Positions 51,345-61,827 are shown, counted from the stretch's first letter. The stretch: DNA of 64,000 nucleotides from an uncultured Planctomycetota bacterium (GCA_963737655.1 CAVTTN010000002.1:4320001-4384000); one strand, 5' to 3'. The notes: a model not told the origin generated them from the letters alone. Made by a program: numbers and translations.

Positions 51345-52340
51345 ATGCCGCGGAAACTCGGAAGGCGGGAATTGCTCAGGTCGGCCGCGGCCCTGGCCCT
51401 CTTGGGAGGCTCCGGCCGGGCCGATGAACCGAAGAGTTTGCCCGAGCAGATCGTGGACGCGATGAACGCGATTTTCGGGAAGCATCCCGGCTTCCGTTCC
51501 GCCCACGCGAAGGGGATCGTCTGCGAGGGGGAATTCACCCCGTCGGCCTCGGCGTCGGGACTGTCGAAGGCGCCTCATCTTCAGAAGGCACCGAGCCGGG
51601 TGACGGTCCGGTTCTCCGACTCGACCGGAATCCCCGAGATCCCCGACGGCCTGCCCGACGCCGGCCCCCGGGGGATGGCCGTCCGCTTCCACCTGACCGG
51701 CGGGGGCAGCACCGACATCGTCGCCAACGCCTTCAATGGCTTCGCCGTGGCGAACGGCGAGGATTTCCTGGCCCTCCTCCGCGCCGTGGCCGAGACCACC
51801 AAGGACTCCCCGAAGCCCTCGCCGATCGAGAAATTCCTCGGGGGCCATCCGAAGGCGATGAAGGTCGTGGCCGCGCCGAAGCCGGTCCCGGCGAGCTTCG
51901 CCACCGAGCCGTATTTCGGGGTCAACGCCTTCGAGTTCACCAACGCCCAGGACAAGTCCCGCTTCGGCCGCTACCAGCTCCGCCCGGAAGCCGGAGCGAA
52001 GTTCCTCTCCGCCGAGGACGCCGCGAAGCAGCCGCCGAACTTCCTGATGGACGAGCTGCCCGAGAGGCTGGCGAAGGGCCCGGCCAGGTTCCTCCTGGTC
52101 GTCCAGCTCGCCGCCGAGGGGGACAAAACCGACGACGCCACCGAGGTCTGGCCCGACGACCGGCCGACGATCGAATTGGGCGTCCTGTCAATCCTCAAGA
52201 AGGTCGCCGACAGCGACTCGGCGCAGAAGGCCCTCGGGTTCGACCCGACGAGGCTGGTCGAGGGGATCGACCTCTCCGACGATCCGCTCCTGCCGCTCCG
52301 ATCGGCCACTTACGCGGTCTCCCGGCGTCGGCGGAAGTAG
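51345..52340 (+). CDS. Catalase-related peroxidase (SrpA-like), Tat-like signal
   Basis: FRSAHAKG, VRFS, RGMAVRF, RSATY. Confidence 0.9.
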   Translation: MPRKLGRRELLRSAAALALLGGSGRADEPKSLPEQIVDAMNAIFGKHPGFRSAHAKGIVCEGEFTPSASASGLSKAPHLQKAPSRVTVRFSDSTGIPEIPDGLPDAGPRGMAVRFHLTGGGSTDIVANAFNGFAVANGEDFLALLRAVAETTKDSPKPSPIEKFLGGHPKAMKVVAAPKPVPASFATEPYFGVNAFEFTNAQDKSRFGRYQLRPEAGAKFLSAEDAAKQPPNFLMDELPERLAKGPARFLLVVQLAAEGDKTDDATEVWPDDRPTIELGVLSILKKVADSDSAQKALGFDPTRLVEGIDLSDDPLLPLRSATYAVSRRRRK

Positions 52341-54128
52341 TCAGCGAGCGGCCGAGGGGGCGGCCTTCGGCCGATCGGCCGCCGATGCGTCCCCGAGCCC
52401 GGCCCGGACGATCGCCAGGTCGGCCGGGCCGACCGTCCCGTCGCCGTCCAGGTCGCCCTGCTCCCTCCAGAGGCCGGCCCGGCCGAGGTGGTCGCGGACG
52501 ATCCGCTCATCGGCCGGAGTGACCCGGCCGTCCAGGTCCACGTCTCCGGGCGGGAGCATCCTTCGGAGAGTCGCGTCCCATTTCACGCTCCCCGGCAGGC
52601 CCGGGCCCTCCAGGAGTCCCCAGAAACCGGACTTCCCGTAGGACGAATAGAGCGTAAAGAACGCGAACAACCGGCCGTCTTCCGCCCTCCAGACGTCGTC
52701 CATCCGCTTCATGAGGATCGCCATCCGCCGGTCGGCCTGGGCGGCCCGCTTGATCTCCAGGTTCGCGTCGGCCCTCGCCGCGGGACTCCAGCCGACCAGG
52801 TGCTGGCCTCCCTCGTACGCCAGCATCGGCAAGCCGAACCGCTTCGCCAGCGAGTGATGGACGGTGATCCATCCCGAGAGTTTTTTATCGAGGAATTCGT
52901 TCATCCGGGCGAACAGCGCGTCGAGAGACATCCCCGGAACGTCCTCCTCGCCGTCGATGGCGAGATACGGCGCGATCGCGATCCCGGCGAGGACGTCGCG
53001 GACGTCGCCCGATTGCTTCTCCAGGAGTTCCAGGCCGGTCCGGAGGAAATAGGGGTTGGCCGACTGGCCGCAGAGGATCGGCAGGACTCGTTTCGCCTCG
53101 CCGCCGAACTCGCGGCGGAAGATCGCGGAGACCTCGGCGAGCCTCCTGGCCGACCACTGGCCGGCCCTCCCGAAATCGTCCGATCGGGTGAGGCTGGGGT
53201 CTCGCTTCGCGGCCCCGACGACGCGCTTCGCCTGGGGAAACGTGTGGTTCCAGAGTTCGTTGCCCAGTTCCAGATAGAGGCGACGACGGGGGTCGAGCCG
53301 ATCGCGGACGAGCGTCGCGAGCTTCTGGGCGAAGTCGTCGGAGGCGGTGTCGGGGACGTTCAGCCAGAGGTCCACCCCGGCCTCGTTCGCCAGCGCGATC
53401 ACCTCTTCATAGGCGACTCCGCCCGGGCCGGTGGCGAGGAAATCGTCGGGCCCGACCCGTTCGGACCACTCGACCGGGCCGCTCGTGTTCACGCCGGTCC
53501 AGCACATCGCGCGGACGGCCCGGAACGGCCGGATTCGGCGGAGGAAGGCGGGGTCGAAGACGCTCGACGGCGAGCTTGAGGCCCCGGGACGGAGAAGCTG
53601 AAGCCGACGGATGGGGTCGTTCGGGTCGAGGTCCGAGACGGTCATCGTCAGGAGGTCGCCCCGGTCGTGGCGGATCAGGACTTCGCCCGAGCTCTCGCCT
53701 CCCGAGGCGCGGATCGGCCCGATCAGCCGGCCCATCCCGCCGAACCGGACCGTTCCCCGGCCCCGGAATCTCAGCGAATACACGCCATCGGGATAGCCCT
53801 TGAGATAGGAGAGCGCGCCGGCCGGTTCGAGCGGGTAGCCCTCGGGCGAGAGTTTGAGCGAGGGGTTCGGCTCCCACGGCCTGTCGGGCCGTCCCCAGGC
53901 GCGGAAGGCGTGGCGGGCGTCGATCCAGGCGGCGTCGGTGGACCAGTCGGTATTGCCCGAGACATTGATCGCATACGAGCCCGGGCCGGCCGCGTCGGAG
54001 ACGATCGGAGGCGGAGTGGATCGGTCCGACGACGAGGCCGAAGGGTCGTCGTGGCCCCGAGCCGCCAGCGCGAGCAGGGCGGCGGCCATCGCCCCGAGGG
54101 CGATTCGTCGTGTGGTCGAGATCGACAT
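52341..54128 (-). CDS. Secreted clan-A-like glycoside hydrolase with C-terminal dockerin/EF-hand-like repeats
   Basis: Signal peptide; WLNVP, YLELGNELWN, AYEGGQHL; GDVDLDG and GDLDGDG repeats. Confidence 0.7.
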   Translation of the reverse strand: MSISTTRRIALGAMAAALLALAARGHDDPSASSSDRSTPPPIVSDAAGPGSYAINVSGNTDWSTDAAWIDARHAFRAWGRPDRPWEPNPSLKLSPEGYPLEPAGALSYLKGYPDGVYSLRFRGRGTVRFGGMGRLIGPIRASGGESSGEVLIRHDRGDLLTMTVSDLDPNDPIRRLQLLRPGASSSPSSVFDPAFLRRIRPFRAVRAMCWTGVNTSGPVEWSERVGPDDFLATGPGGVAYEEVIALANEAGVDLWLNVPDTASDDFAQKLATLVRDRLDPRRRLYLELGNELWNHTFPQAKRVVGAAKRDPSLTRSDDFGRAGQWSARRLAEVSAIFRREFGGEAKRVLPILCGQSANPYFLRTGLELLEKQSGDVRDVLAGIAIAPYLAIDGEEDVPGMSLDALFARMNEFLDKKLSGWITVHHSLAKRFGLPMLAYEGGQHLVGWSPAARADANLEIKRAAQADRRMAILMKRMDDVWRAEDGRLFAFFTLYSSYGKSGFWGLLEGPGLPGSVKWDATLRRMLPPGDVDLDGRVTPADERIVRDHLGRAGLWREQGDLDGDGTVGPADLAIVRAGLGDASAADRPKAAPSAAR

Positions 54129-54258
54129 CGGCCGGGTCCTCGGGCGGAGTCCTGGAGATCGAGCAGACAAGGGCGTGCTGGAGCCGTCAGAGCGTTTTTT
54201 CCGCGCTATTGCAGATCGGCACCATTCCTGGCGAGGCTCCGCCAACCCGGACATTGCC

Positions 54259-55710
54259 CTAACCCCGGATCGAGAGGCATCGTGCGAGATAGCGACCGAG
54301 GAGGGCGAGGTCTCGTCGGGTCCCGGCGAGGGCCGCGTAGGCGGCTTCGGCCATGTCGCGTTCGTCCTCGGGGGCGTCGCGATCCAGGGCGACCATCGCC
54401 TCGGTGATCAGCCCGGCCGGTCGGCACGGAGGGACCTGTCGGCCGATCCTGGTCCGGTCGAGCAGTTCCACGGCCGTCCTCGGTTCCAGGCCGACCAGGG
54501 CGACTCGGCCGAGGACGACGTCGATCAACCCGGGGAGCACCCGCAAGGCCAGGTCGCGGAGGCCCGGCGTCCCTCGCGGATCGGCCCCTCGGAAATGACG
54601 AAGGCAAATGACCCGCCATCGGGTCGGCCTGGTCGATTGGGGCATGAGGACGATTTGTCGGACGACGATCGCCGGGCCTCGGAGCCGGAGCCAGGCGTAC
54701 ACGGCGAGGAGGATTGGCGCCAGGGCGACGAGGGCCGCCGCCGAGGCGAGCCGGAGGAAGGCCGTGGCGATCGGTCCGGGCGAGTGGGTGCCCCCCAGTC
54801 GGTCCATCAGCGTCGGATCTTCGATCGCCAGCGATCGGTCGTGGCGGGCGGAGGTGACCCGGGGTCCCTCGATCAGGGCCTCGCGGATCTCCAGGCCCCG
54901 GCCGATGTAGACGCCGGGGAACACGGCGGTCCAGGACAGCTCGCTCCCCGAGTCGATCAACGAGCCGGCGCCGACGGCCACGTTCGGGCCGATCCGGGCC
55001 TCGGCGCCGATCCGGCAGTCCTCGGAGATCGCCACCGGGGGGATCAATCGAGCGGAGGGGTGGAGGCTCACGTTCCGGCCGATCCGGACCCCGGGCTCGG
55101 CCTCGATCCCGCCGAGCATCAGGGCCGGGAACCGGCCGGAGAGCAGGGCCTTCTGGGCCGAGAGCAATCCCGAGGCCGTCCGAACGTCCAGGACGTGATG
55201 GGCGGGAACGCCCCGGACGGCCAGGCCGCCCCGGATCAGATGTTCGGCCAGGTCGTCCTCGTCGGCGCCGTCGGGGAGGCCGAGCAGCGAGGCGGGATCG
55301 ACCCGGGCCCAGCCGGTCCATCGGCCGTCGGCGAACAGCGCTTCGGGGCCGGCTCCCGCCGCGGGGTCTCGGCCGGTTGGGTCGAGCAGGCGATCGGCGT
55401 GGACGAGGAGGGCGGGGCCATCGTCGGGCATCGCCCTCCTCAAGACGTCGTACGGCCGGGCGGGGTCGCGGGCCAGGTGGTATCGGATCGACACGCCCCA
55501 GCGGCGGCCGTCGCCCAGGGCCTCCTCGGCCAGCTCGGGGCGGTCGCCCAGGACGATTTCCAGGCGACGGAAGCCCCGACTGGCCAGGAGCTCCACGAGG
55601 TGCTGGAGGACCGGCCGATCGACCAGGGGGAGCATCGGCGAGGCCCGGGACCCGGCGACCCCGGCCGACGTCTCCCCCTGGCCCCCGGTGGCAATCACGA
55701 TCGCTCTCAT
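54259..55710 (-). CDS. Nucleotidyltransferase-like + left-handed beta-helix + sugar-transferase-like fusion (degenerate motifs)
   Basis: PMLPLVDRP, hexapeptide repeats, LPGLIDVVLGRVALVG, PAGLI. Confidence 0.75.
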   Translation of the reverse strand: MRAIVIATGGQGETSAGVAGSRASPMLPLVDRPVLQHLVELLASRGFRRLEIVLGDRPELAEEALGDGRRWGVSIRYHLARDPARPYDVLRRAMPDDGPALLVHADRLLDPTGRDPAAGAGPEALFADGRWTGWARVDPASLLGLPDGADEDDLAEHLIRGGLAVRGVPAHHVLDVRTASGLLSAQKALLSGRFPALMLGGIEAEPGVRIGRNVSLHPSARLIPPVAISEDCRIGAEARIGPNVAVGAGSLIDSGSELSWTAVFPGVYIGRGLEIREALIEGPRVTSARHDRSLAIEDPTLMDRLGGTHSPGPIATAFLRLASAAALVALAPILLAVYAWLRLRGPAIVVRQIVLMPQSTRPTRWRVICLRHFRGADPRGTPGLRDLALRVLPGLIDVVLGRVALVGLEPRTAVELLDRTRIGRQVPPCRPAGLITEAMVALDRDAPEDERDMAEAAYAALAGTRRDLALLGRYLARCLSIRG

Positions 55711-55768
55711 CGTCGGCCCTCGCTTCATCGGGAAGGTCGGTCGCCTCTCCGCGTCGGGAGGCCCGGGT

Positions 55769-56530
55769 TCAATACGCGCCCGGCCGGTCAAGACGGCCGG
55801 AACGGTCCTCGCCAGGAGGGCGAGGTCGAGCCTCAGGCTCCTCCGACAAATGTAATCGACGTCGAGCCTCCACCTGCCTGTCGAAGGGCAGGTCGCCCCG
55901 GCCGCTGACCTGCCACAGGCAGGTCAGGCCCGGCTTGGCCTCCAGCCTCAGGCGGTCGCGGAGCGAGTAGAGCGCGACCTCCCGAGGGACCGGAGGCCGG
56001 GGGCCGACCAGGGACATCTCGCCCCGGAACACGCACCAGAGCTGGGGCAGCTCGTCGATGCTCAGCTTGCGGATCAGGCGGCCGATCGGGGTGATCCTCG
56101 GGTCTCTCTTCATCTTGAACGTGACGGAGGCGCCGTGGTCGTTGCTGGCCAGGAGCTGATCCTTCAGGCGGTCGGCATCGACGACCATCGATCGGAACTT
56201 GGGGCAGGAAAAGGTGCGTCCCCAGCGCCCGACGCGGGTCTGCCAGAAGAGGACGGGGCCGCCGTCCTGGAGCTTGATGATCAGGGCGACGACGGCGAAG
56301 AGCGGGGCCAGGGCGATCAGCGCCGAGGCCGAGACGACCACGTCGAGGAGCCTCTTGCCGGCCTCGGCCGCGACGACCGCCAGCCTCCAGGAGGCTCGGG
56401 CGAGCGAGGCGCGGGCCGATCTCGCGAGAGAGGCCGGGGCGGAGCCATCGCCCAGGTGGCGAAAGGCCTCGCCGAAGGGGTCGGTGCGGCCGTCGGCGTC
56501 GAACGGTCGGTCGATCCGTGAGGCATTCAT
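55769..56530 (-). CDS. Priming sugar-1-phosphate transferase (monotopic PGT), two compensating indels near 55868 and 55780
   Basis: KRLLD, KFRSM, DPRIT, SIDELPQL, MSLVGPRP, KPGLT. Confidence 0.93.
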   Translation of the reverse strand: MNASRIDRPFDADGRTDPFGEAFRHLGDGSAPASLARSARASLARASWRLAVVAAEAGKRLLDVVVSASALIALAPLFAVVALIIKLQDGGPVLFWQTRVGRWGRTFSCPKFRSMVVDADRLKDQLLASNDHGASVTFKMKRDPRITPIGRLIRKLSIDELPQLWCVFRGEMSLVGPRPPVPREVALYSLRDRLRLEAKPGLTCLWQVSGRGDLPFDRQVEARRRLHLSEEPEARPRPPGEDRSGRLDRPGAY

Positions 56531-56919
56531 CGGGCTGGAGTCTCCAGGGCGTTTCGGAGGCCCCGGCCGCGGTGGGCACCGCAAGCCTTCAGGGCCTCGT
56601 CCAGGTCGTTGCAGAGGGTCATGACCTTGTGCATCTTGACGATCTCGAACAGGATTCGGACCTCGGGCGAGTTGACGCTGAGCAACATCGAGCCGGGGCC
56701 GTCGCCCGAGGGATGCAGATGGCGGAAGCAGGCGAGGATCGCGCCGCACCCCGTGCTATCGACGAACGTGATCTCCGAGAGGTCGAGGATCACGTGGGCC
56801 TCGGACGGGAGGGCCTCGGCGAATTCGCGGCGGAAGCGGCGGGCCGTCATCCCGTCGAGCGAGGGCCCCGGGGGGCGGACGACCGTCAGGCCGCCGATCG
56901 TTTCGAGATGGAGCGTCAT
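56527..56919 (-). CDS. STAS-domain anti-sigma factor antagonist
   Basis: ILDLSEITFVDSTGCGAI. Confidence 0.88.
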   Translation of the reverse strand: MTLHLETIGGLTVVRPPGPSLDGMTARRFRREFAEALPSEAHVILDLSEITFVDSTGCGAILACFRHLHPSGDGPGSMLLSVNSPEVRILFEIVKMHKVMTLCNDLDEALKACGAHRGRGLRNALETPAR

Positions 56920-57019
56920 GGCGATCGCCTCGAAGGTTCCTGAAGGTTGGGGGGGACCGGGCGGCTCCAGGTCGGGGCCGCCCGTCACCGGGAGCATAGC
57001 TCGATTCCGGGAGACACGC

Positions 57020-59274
57020 TCAGGCCAAGGCCGCTTCCAGTTGGCGGACCGGGGCTTCGGGATCAATCGGCCCCGAGTCGGCCAGGACGGCGCCCAGGAC
57101 CGGGGCCCCGATCGCCCCGAGCTGGCGGAGCTTGGCCGGCTCGACGATGACCAGGCCCGAGCGGTCGTCGGCGTGGAAGACGATCCCTCCGGCGTGGGAG
57201 GCGAGGATTTCCAGCTCGACCTGGTGGTCGGCCCTCGGCCCGATGGCCAGGATCAGCGAATACTTGGCGCGGACGGTCACGAGCATCTCGGTCATCCGGT
57301 GGGTGGCCAGCAGCTCGGTCCCCTCCAGGGTCCCTCCGGCGGGCAGGTAATCGACGCCCACGACCGAGGACGGGGCGATGAAGTCCTCGGGGTCGTCGGC
57401 CTCGAAGGCCAGGAACGCCTTGAGGCCCCCGGGGTGGGCGGCGTCGTCCCCGGGGAGGAACCAGGGGGCGCGGAGGGCCTGCCAGGCCGCCCCGTCCGCC
57501 TCGTGGCCGGCGGCGTCGAGGATCAGGACGCGCTCATCTCTCCGGGCGAAGCACCTCGCCAGCGACGCCGCGAGCTCGGCCGAGCCGCCGGCCACGTTCA
57601 TCGAGCTGAACAGGACGAGGCTGCCGGGGTCGGGCACCGCCTGGCGGAGCCTCAAGGCCAGCAGCCGGACCGCCGGCTCGTCGAGGAAGTCCGGCCGGGC
57701 GATCGCCGTCAGGGGCAGCCCTCGGGAGGCCGGCAGCCGGGAGAGGACCGGCAGGGCAAGACGGCCGACGACCTCCACCTTGTCCACCCGGGGCCTCAGC
57801 ACCAGGTCATTGAACGCCAGGAAGCCCAGGGTCAGGAGCATCCCGACCGAGGAGACGGCCAGGACCAGCAGCTTCTTGTTCGAGGTCGCGGGGTACGGCG
57901 AGGGCTCGGCCGGCGTCACGATCGAGAACTCGAAGGTCTTGATCGCCTGGAGCTTCTTCATCGCCATGAAGTCGGCCGCGGCGGCGTGCCGCTCGGACTC
58001 GCACGCATCGACGGCGCGGATCAGGCTCCGGTGCTGCTGCTGGAGGCCCATCATCCGGCCCACTTCCGCCTTCTTCGCCGCCAGGGCCGCGCCGATCTGC
58101 TCGATCCCCTTCTGATTGGCCGTCCGGAGCAGCTCCAGCTCCAGCTTCTTGAAGACGATCTGCTCGATGGCCGTCGATCCCTGGTTCTTCACCGCGGGCT
58201 TGGGGACGATCACCTTGTCGATCTTGGTCAACTCCTCCTTGTAGGTGGTGATCTTCTCGGTCTCCTTGACCTGGGCCTCCAGGACGCCGACCTCGGCCTT
58301 GACCGTCTGGACCTGGGTCTTGGTCGCGAACCCTCGGCTGGCGAGCTCGGTGACCCGGACCATCTCGGCCTTCTTGGCTTCGAGCTTGGCGGCGATCTGC
58401 ATCTTGAGGCGTTCGTCGGCGATCAGCTCGCGGAGCCGGTCCTGGCGCCTGCGGTTGTCGGACACGGTCTCCTCGGCCGCGTCGGCCTTCCTCATGTCCT
58501 CGTCGCGGATGCGGTCCTGGGTCTTGATCTCGGCGATATGCCCGGTGATGGCGACGATCTGGGCCTGGAGGTTGCTGCCCTCGCGGCGGGTTCGTTCCAG
58601 CTCGAACTCCAGGTCCTGGATCGCGGAGTTGGTCCGGGCGATGTCGGAGTCCACGTCGCCGATGTGCTCCCGGCGCAGAACTCGGTGAAGGCGCGGTGGG
58701 CCTCCTGGAGCCGGTTCTGGCAGCTCTTGAGGTGCTCCTCGAAGTCGTTGACGTAGCCATTGATCTTCGAACGGCGGACCTCGGCGACCTGTTGACGGAA
58801 CAGCTCCATCAGCCGGTTCACCATGTCCGCGCCCTCGCTCGCCCGGGCCCACTGGAGCTCGAAATCGACGGTCTTCGTGCCCGACGGGACGCTGACCTTG
58901 TAGCTCTTCTCCAGCAGCTCGATCGGCACGGCCAGCTTGAACTCTCGGCGGATCGTGTCGAGGTTCGCCGGGGACTTCACCAGGGTCACGAGCGTCTTGA
59001 GGTCGGGCGGGACGTACAGGGAACCCTGGGTGTCGGGTCCGGTCAGGGGCGTGTAGAGGAGCGTCCCGCGAGACTCCCACGCCTTGGAGCCGAAGGCGAC
59101 GGCCAGGACCACGGATATGGACAGGCTCACCAACGCACCTACCCCCAGGGCCCACGGGTGGCGGACGGCCACGGCGGTTGCCACGTCGAGGCACTGGCGG
59201 AGCCGGCCTTCGGGGCGAGCCGCCGCGACGAAGGCCGTCGGCGACGCGATCCGGGCCATCGAATTAGTCTCCAT
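57020..59274 (-). CDS. GumC/Wzc-like polysaccharide co-polymerase with degenerate kinase domain, indel near 58672
   Basis: Two TM helices flanking a long coiled coil, PAEP motif, CpsD-like C-terminal domain (VLILDA, GAPVLGAVL). Confidence 0.8.
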
Positions 59275-59674
59275 GAGGCGATTCCCTCTCGTCAGGTCCG
59301 GGGGCGGGGGAGTCATCGATCGGGGAAGGGACCGCGCGGCGGCCCGGGCGGACCTCGGCCCTCGCGGCCTCGACCGAGGGGAACCGGGGCGGCAAACGAT
59401 GCGAGGGAATCCGGGCGAAATACCAGTCCAGACGGGGCGAGCCCGCCGCCACCGCGAGCCGGCCGATCCCGGCCTCCTCGTTCAATCGGCAGACGACGCC
59501 CAGGCCGCTCGAATCGGCGAAATCCACGGTCGCCAGGTCCAGGACCACGGCCATCCCTCGACCCAGCCAGCCCGTGACTTCCCGGCGCAGCTCCCTCGCC
59601 GCGGCGGCGTCGAGGTTGCCGCCCCGGACCGTCGCCACCACCACCCCGCCGTCTTCTCGTGTCTGCAGGAACAT
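59264..59674 (-). CDS. STAS-domain anti-sigma factor antagonist
   Basis: LDAAAARE, VLDLATVDFADSSGLGV. Confidence 0.85.
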   Translation of the reverse strand: MFLQTREDGGVVVATVRGGNLDAAAARELRREVTGWLGRGMAVVLDLATVDFADSSGLGVVCRLNEEAGIGRLAVAAGSPRLDWYFARIPSHRLPPRFPSVEAARAEVRPGRRAVPSPIDDSPAPGPDERESPHGD

Positions 59675-59737
59675 GATCGGCTCGATCTCCCAGGGGCTCC
59701 TCGGTACGATCGGGAAGGCAGGGACCTCGGGGCCCGT

Positions 59738-60571
59738 TCAGGGCGAGCCCGAGGCGGTGGTCCGGCCCGGTCCGATCAGGGCATGGGCCAGGAACACCGC
59801 GTTTTTCAGGTAGCGGCCCGCCAGCCTCCGGGGCTCCAGGGCCAGGCGGAACGCCCATTCCAGGCCCGACCGGCGAAGCCAGGACGGGGCCCGGCGGACC
59901 CGGCCGGCGGCGAAGTCCAGGGCCGCGCCCATCTGCACGTTCACCGCCGCCCCGGTCTCCCGGTGGTGGGCCGCGATCCACCGCTCGCCCCGGGGCTGGC
60001 TGAACGCCGCGATCAGGAGGTCGGGCCGGGTCGAGCGGACCCGGGCCAGGAGGGCCTGTTCGTCCTCCTCGGCCATCGGACCGAACGGCGGAGACTCCAC
60101 CCCCACGACCCTCAGCCCGGGATAGCGCTCCGAGAGCCGGGCCGCCGCCGCCTCGGCCACTCCGGGCGCTCCCCCGAGGAAGAACACGCCGAAGCCCCGA
60201 CGCGCCGCCATCTCGCAGAGGGCGAAGATCAGGTCCGAGCCGGCCACCCTCTCCGGCAACGCCTTCCCCGACAGCCGGGACGCCCAGACCATCGGCATCC
60301 CATCGACCAGGGACAGCGCCGCCCCCTCGTTGACCTCGCGGAGGTCCGGGTTCTCCCGGCTCAGCATCGCGTAATTCAGGTTGGCCGAGATCAGGTACGA
60401 CGGCCTTCCGGCCTCGACCAGCCCCTCCACCCGGGCGATCGCCTCGGCCGTGGTGACGGGCGAGAGCGGGACGCCCCAGACCCACGACGGCTCGACGACC
60501 GGGCCGGGCCCTGTCGCGGGCCCTCCGTTCTCGATCTCTTCAGGCCGCACGGCCCCCTCGTCACGGATCAT
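59738..60571 (-). CDS. WecB/TagA/CpsF (GT26) glycosyltransferase
   Basis: DGMPMVW, ERVAGSDL, FFLGG, GAALDF, RAP, GLEWAFRL. Confidence 0.93.
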   Translation of the reverse strand: MIRDEGAVRPEEIENGGPATGPGPVVEPSWVWGVPLSPVTTAEAIARVEGLVEAGRPSYLISANLNYAMLSRENPDLREVNEGAALSLVDGMPMVWASRLSGKALPERVAGSDLIFALCEMAARRGFGVFFLGGAPGVAEAAAARLSERYPGLRVVGVESPPFGPMAEEDEQALLARVRSTRPDLLIAAFSQPRGERWIAAHHRETGAAVNVQMGAALDFAAGRVRRAPSWLRRSGLEWAFRLALEPRRLAGRYLKNAVFLAHALIGPGRTTASGSP

Positions 60572-60720
60572 CGTGACCTCCGCCCCGAGAACCCTCCAAG
60601 ATCTCCGGGGGTATCCTAGGATACGTTCGGGAGGTCGGGGCGACGGCCGAGGGCGATCTCGGGCGCCCCCACCGGGCGACGGGCGACGGCGCCGAGGGCC
60701 TCCCGGGCGGGGTTTTCGCG

Positions 60721-61618
60721 ATGATCTCGATCCTGATCGTGAGCTACAACACCCGCGAGCTCCTGGCCCAGTGCCTGGCGACGATCGCCGCGCACTCTCC
60801 CGGCGCGGAGGTCGTCGTGGTGGACAACGCCAGCCGGGACGGCTCGGCCGCGATGGTCCGCGAACGGTTCCCCGAGGCGGCCCTGGTCGAGACCGGGCAG
60901 AACCTCGGCTTCGCCGGCGCGAACAACGCCGGCCTCCGCCTCTGCCACGGCGAGTTCGTCGTGCTGTTGAATTCCGACACCGTCCTGGAAGACGACTCGC
61001 TCGACCTTTGCGCCCGGTGGATGGCCGAGAGGCCCGGGGTGGGCGCGGCGAGCCCCTCGGCTGATCGGCTTCGACGACCGGCCTCAGCGGTGCCTGTATC
61101 GCTTCCCCAGCCTCGGCGACGCCGCGAAGATCGCGCTTCGGCGCCCTCCCGCGCCGGAGCCCGAGCCGGGCGACCCGGGATGGCTCGCCGGGACGGCCCT
61201 GATGGTCCGCCGCGAGGCGCTGCTGGGAATCGGCGGATTCCTCGACGATCGCTTCTTCATGTACTGGGAAGACGCCGACCTCTCCGCCCGCCTCCGGGCC
61301 GCCGGCTGGCGCGTCGAGGAGTTCGCCGGTGGCCGCATCCGGCACCTGGGCGGGGCGAGCGGAGGCGGGGCGGACTCGGTCCGCCGGCTCGACCTCTACG
61401 CCTGGTACACCTGGGGGCGGCACCGCTGGTTCTCCAAGCACCGCCCGAGGTGGGAGGCGGCCTCGGCCCTGGTCCTGGACGCCCTGGAAGTCCCGAGGAA
61501 AGCCCTCCGCGCCCTGGCCCGGCCGGCCCGCCGCCACGAGTGGGGCCAGGCCCGGGCCCTGGCCCACGTCCTCTGGCTGAGGCTCCGGGGCCGGGAGCCG
61601 GCCCGGCCGATCGGCTAG
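60721..61618 (+). CDS. GT2 family glycosyltransferase, extra C near 61055
   Basis: VSYN, VVDNASRDG, NLGFAGANN, LLNSD, FFMYWEDADL. Confidence 0.9.
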
Positions 61619-61643
61619 GGCGGTTCAGGATCGGGTTGCGAAC

Positions 61644-61706
61644 CCGTAGGGCAGGCCTCGGCCTGCCGGCTTCGCGGGTCTCGGCAGGCCGAGGCCTGCC
61701 CTACGG
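61644..61706. repeat. GTAG-type REP doublet, perfect 25-bp inverted repeat
   Basis: CCGTAGGGCAGGCCTCGGCCTGCCG ... CGGCAGGCCGAGGCCTGCCCTACGG. Confidence 0.9.
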
Positions 61707-61827
61707 AGACCGGCGTGTGCAACCCGGTCGTGAGCCCGTCTAAAGCGAGGCTCGTCCACCTTGGCCGGCATCCCTTGCCTTCCAACGCCCCGTTCGTCGC
61801 CCTTTCCGCCAGGCCGAGGCCCCGACC

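Noticed and set aside
54207..54226. Sigma54 promoter-like TGGTGCCGATCTGCA upstream of the hydrolase
   Set aside because: GG-to-GC spacing is 9 nt rather than the required 10.
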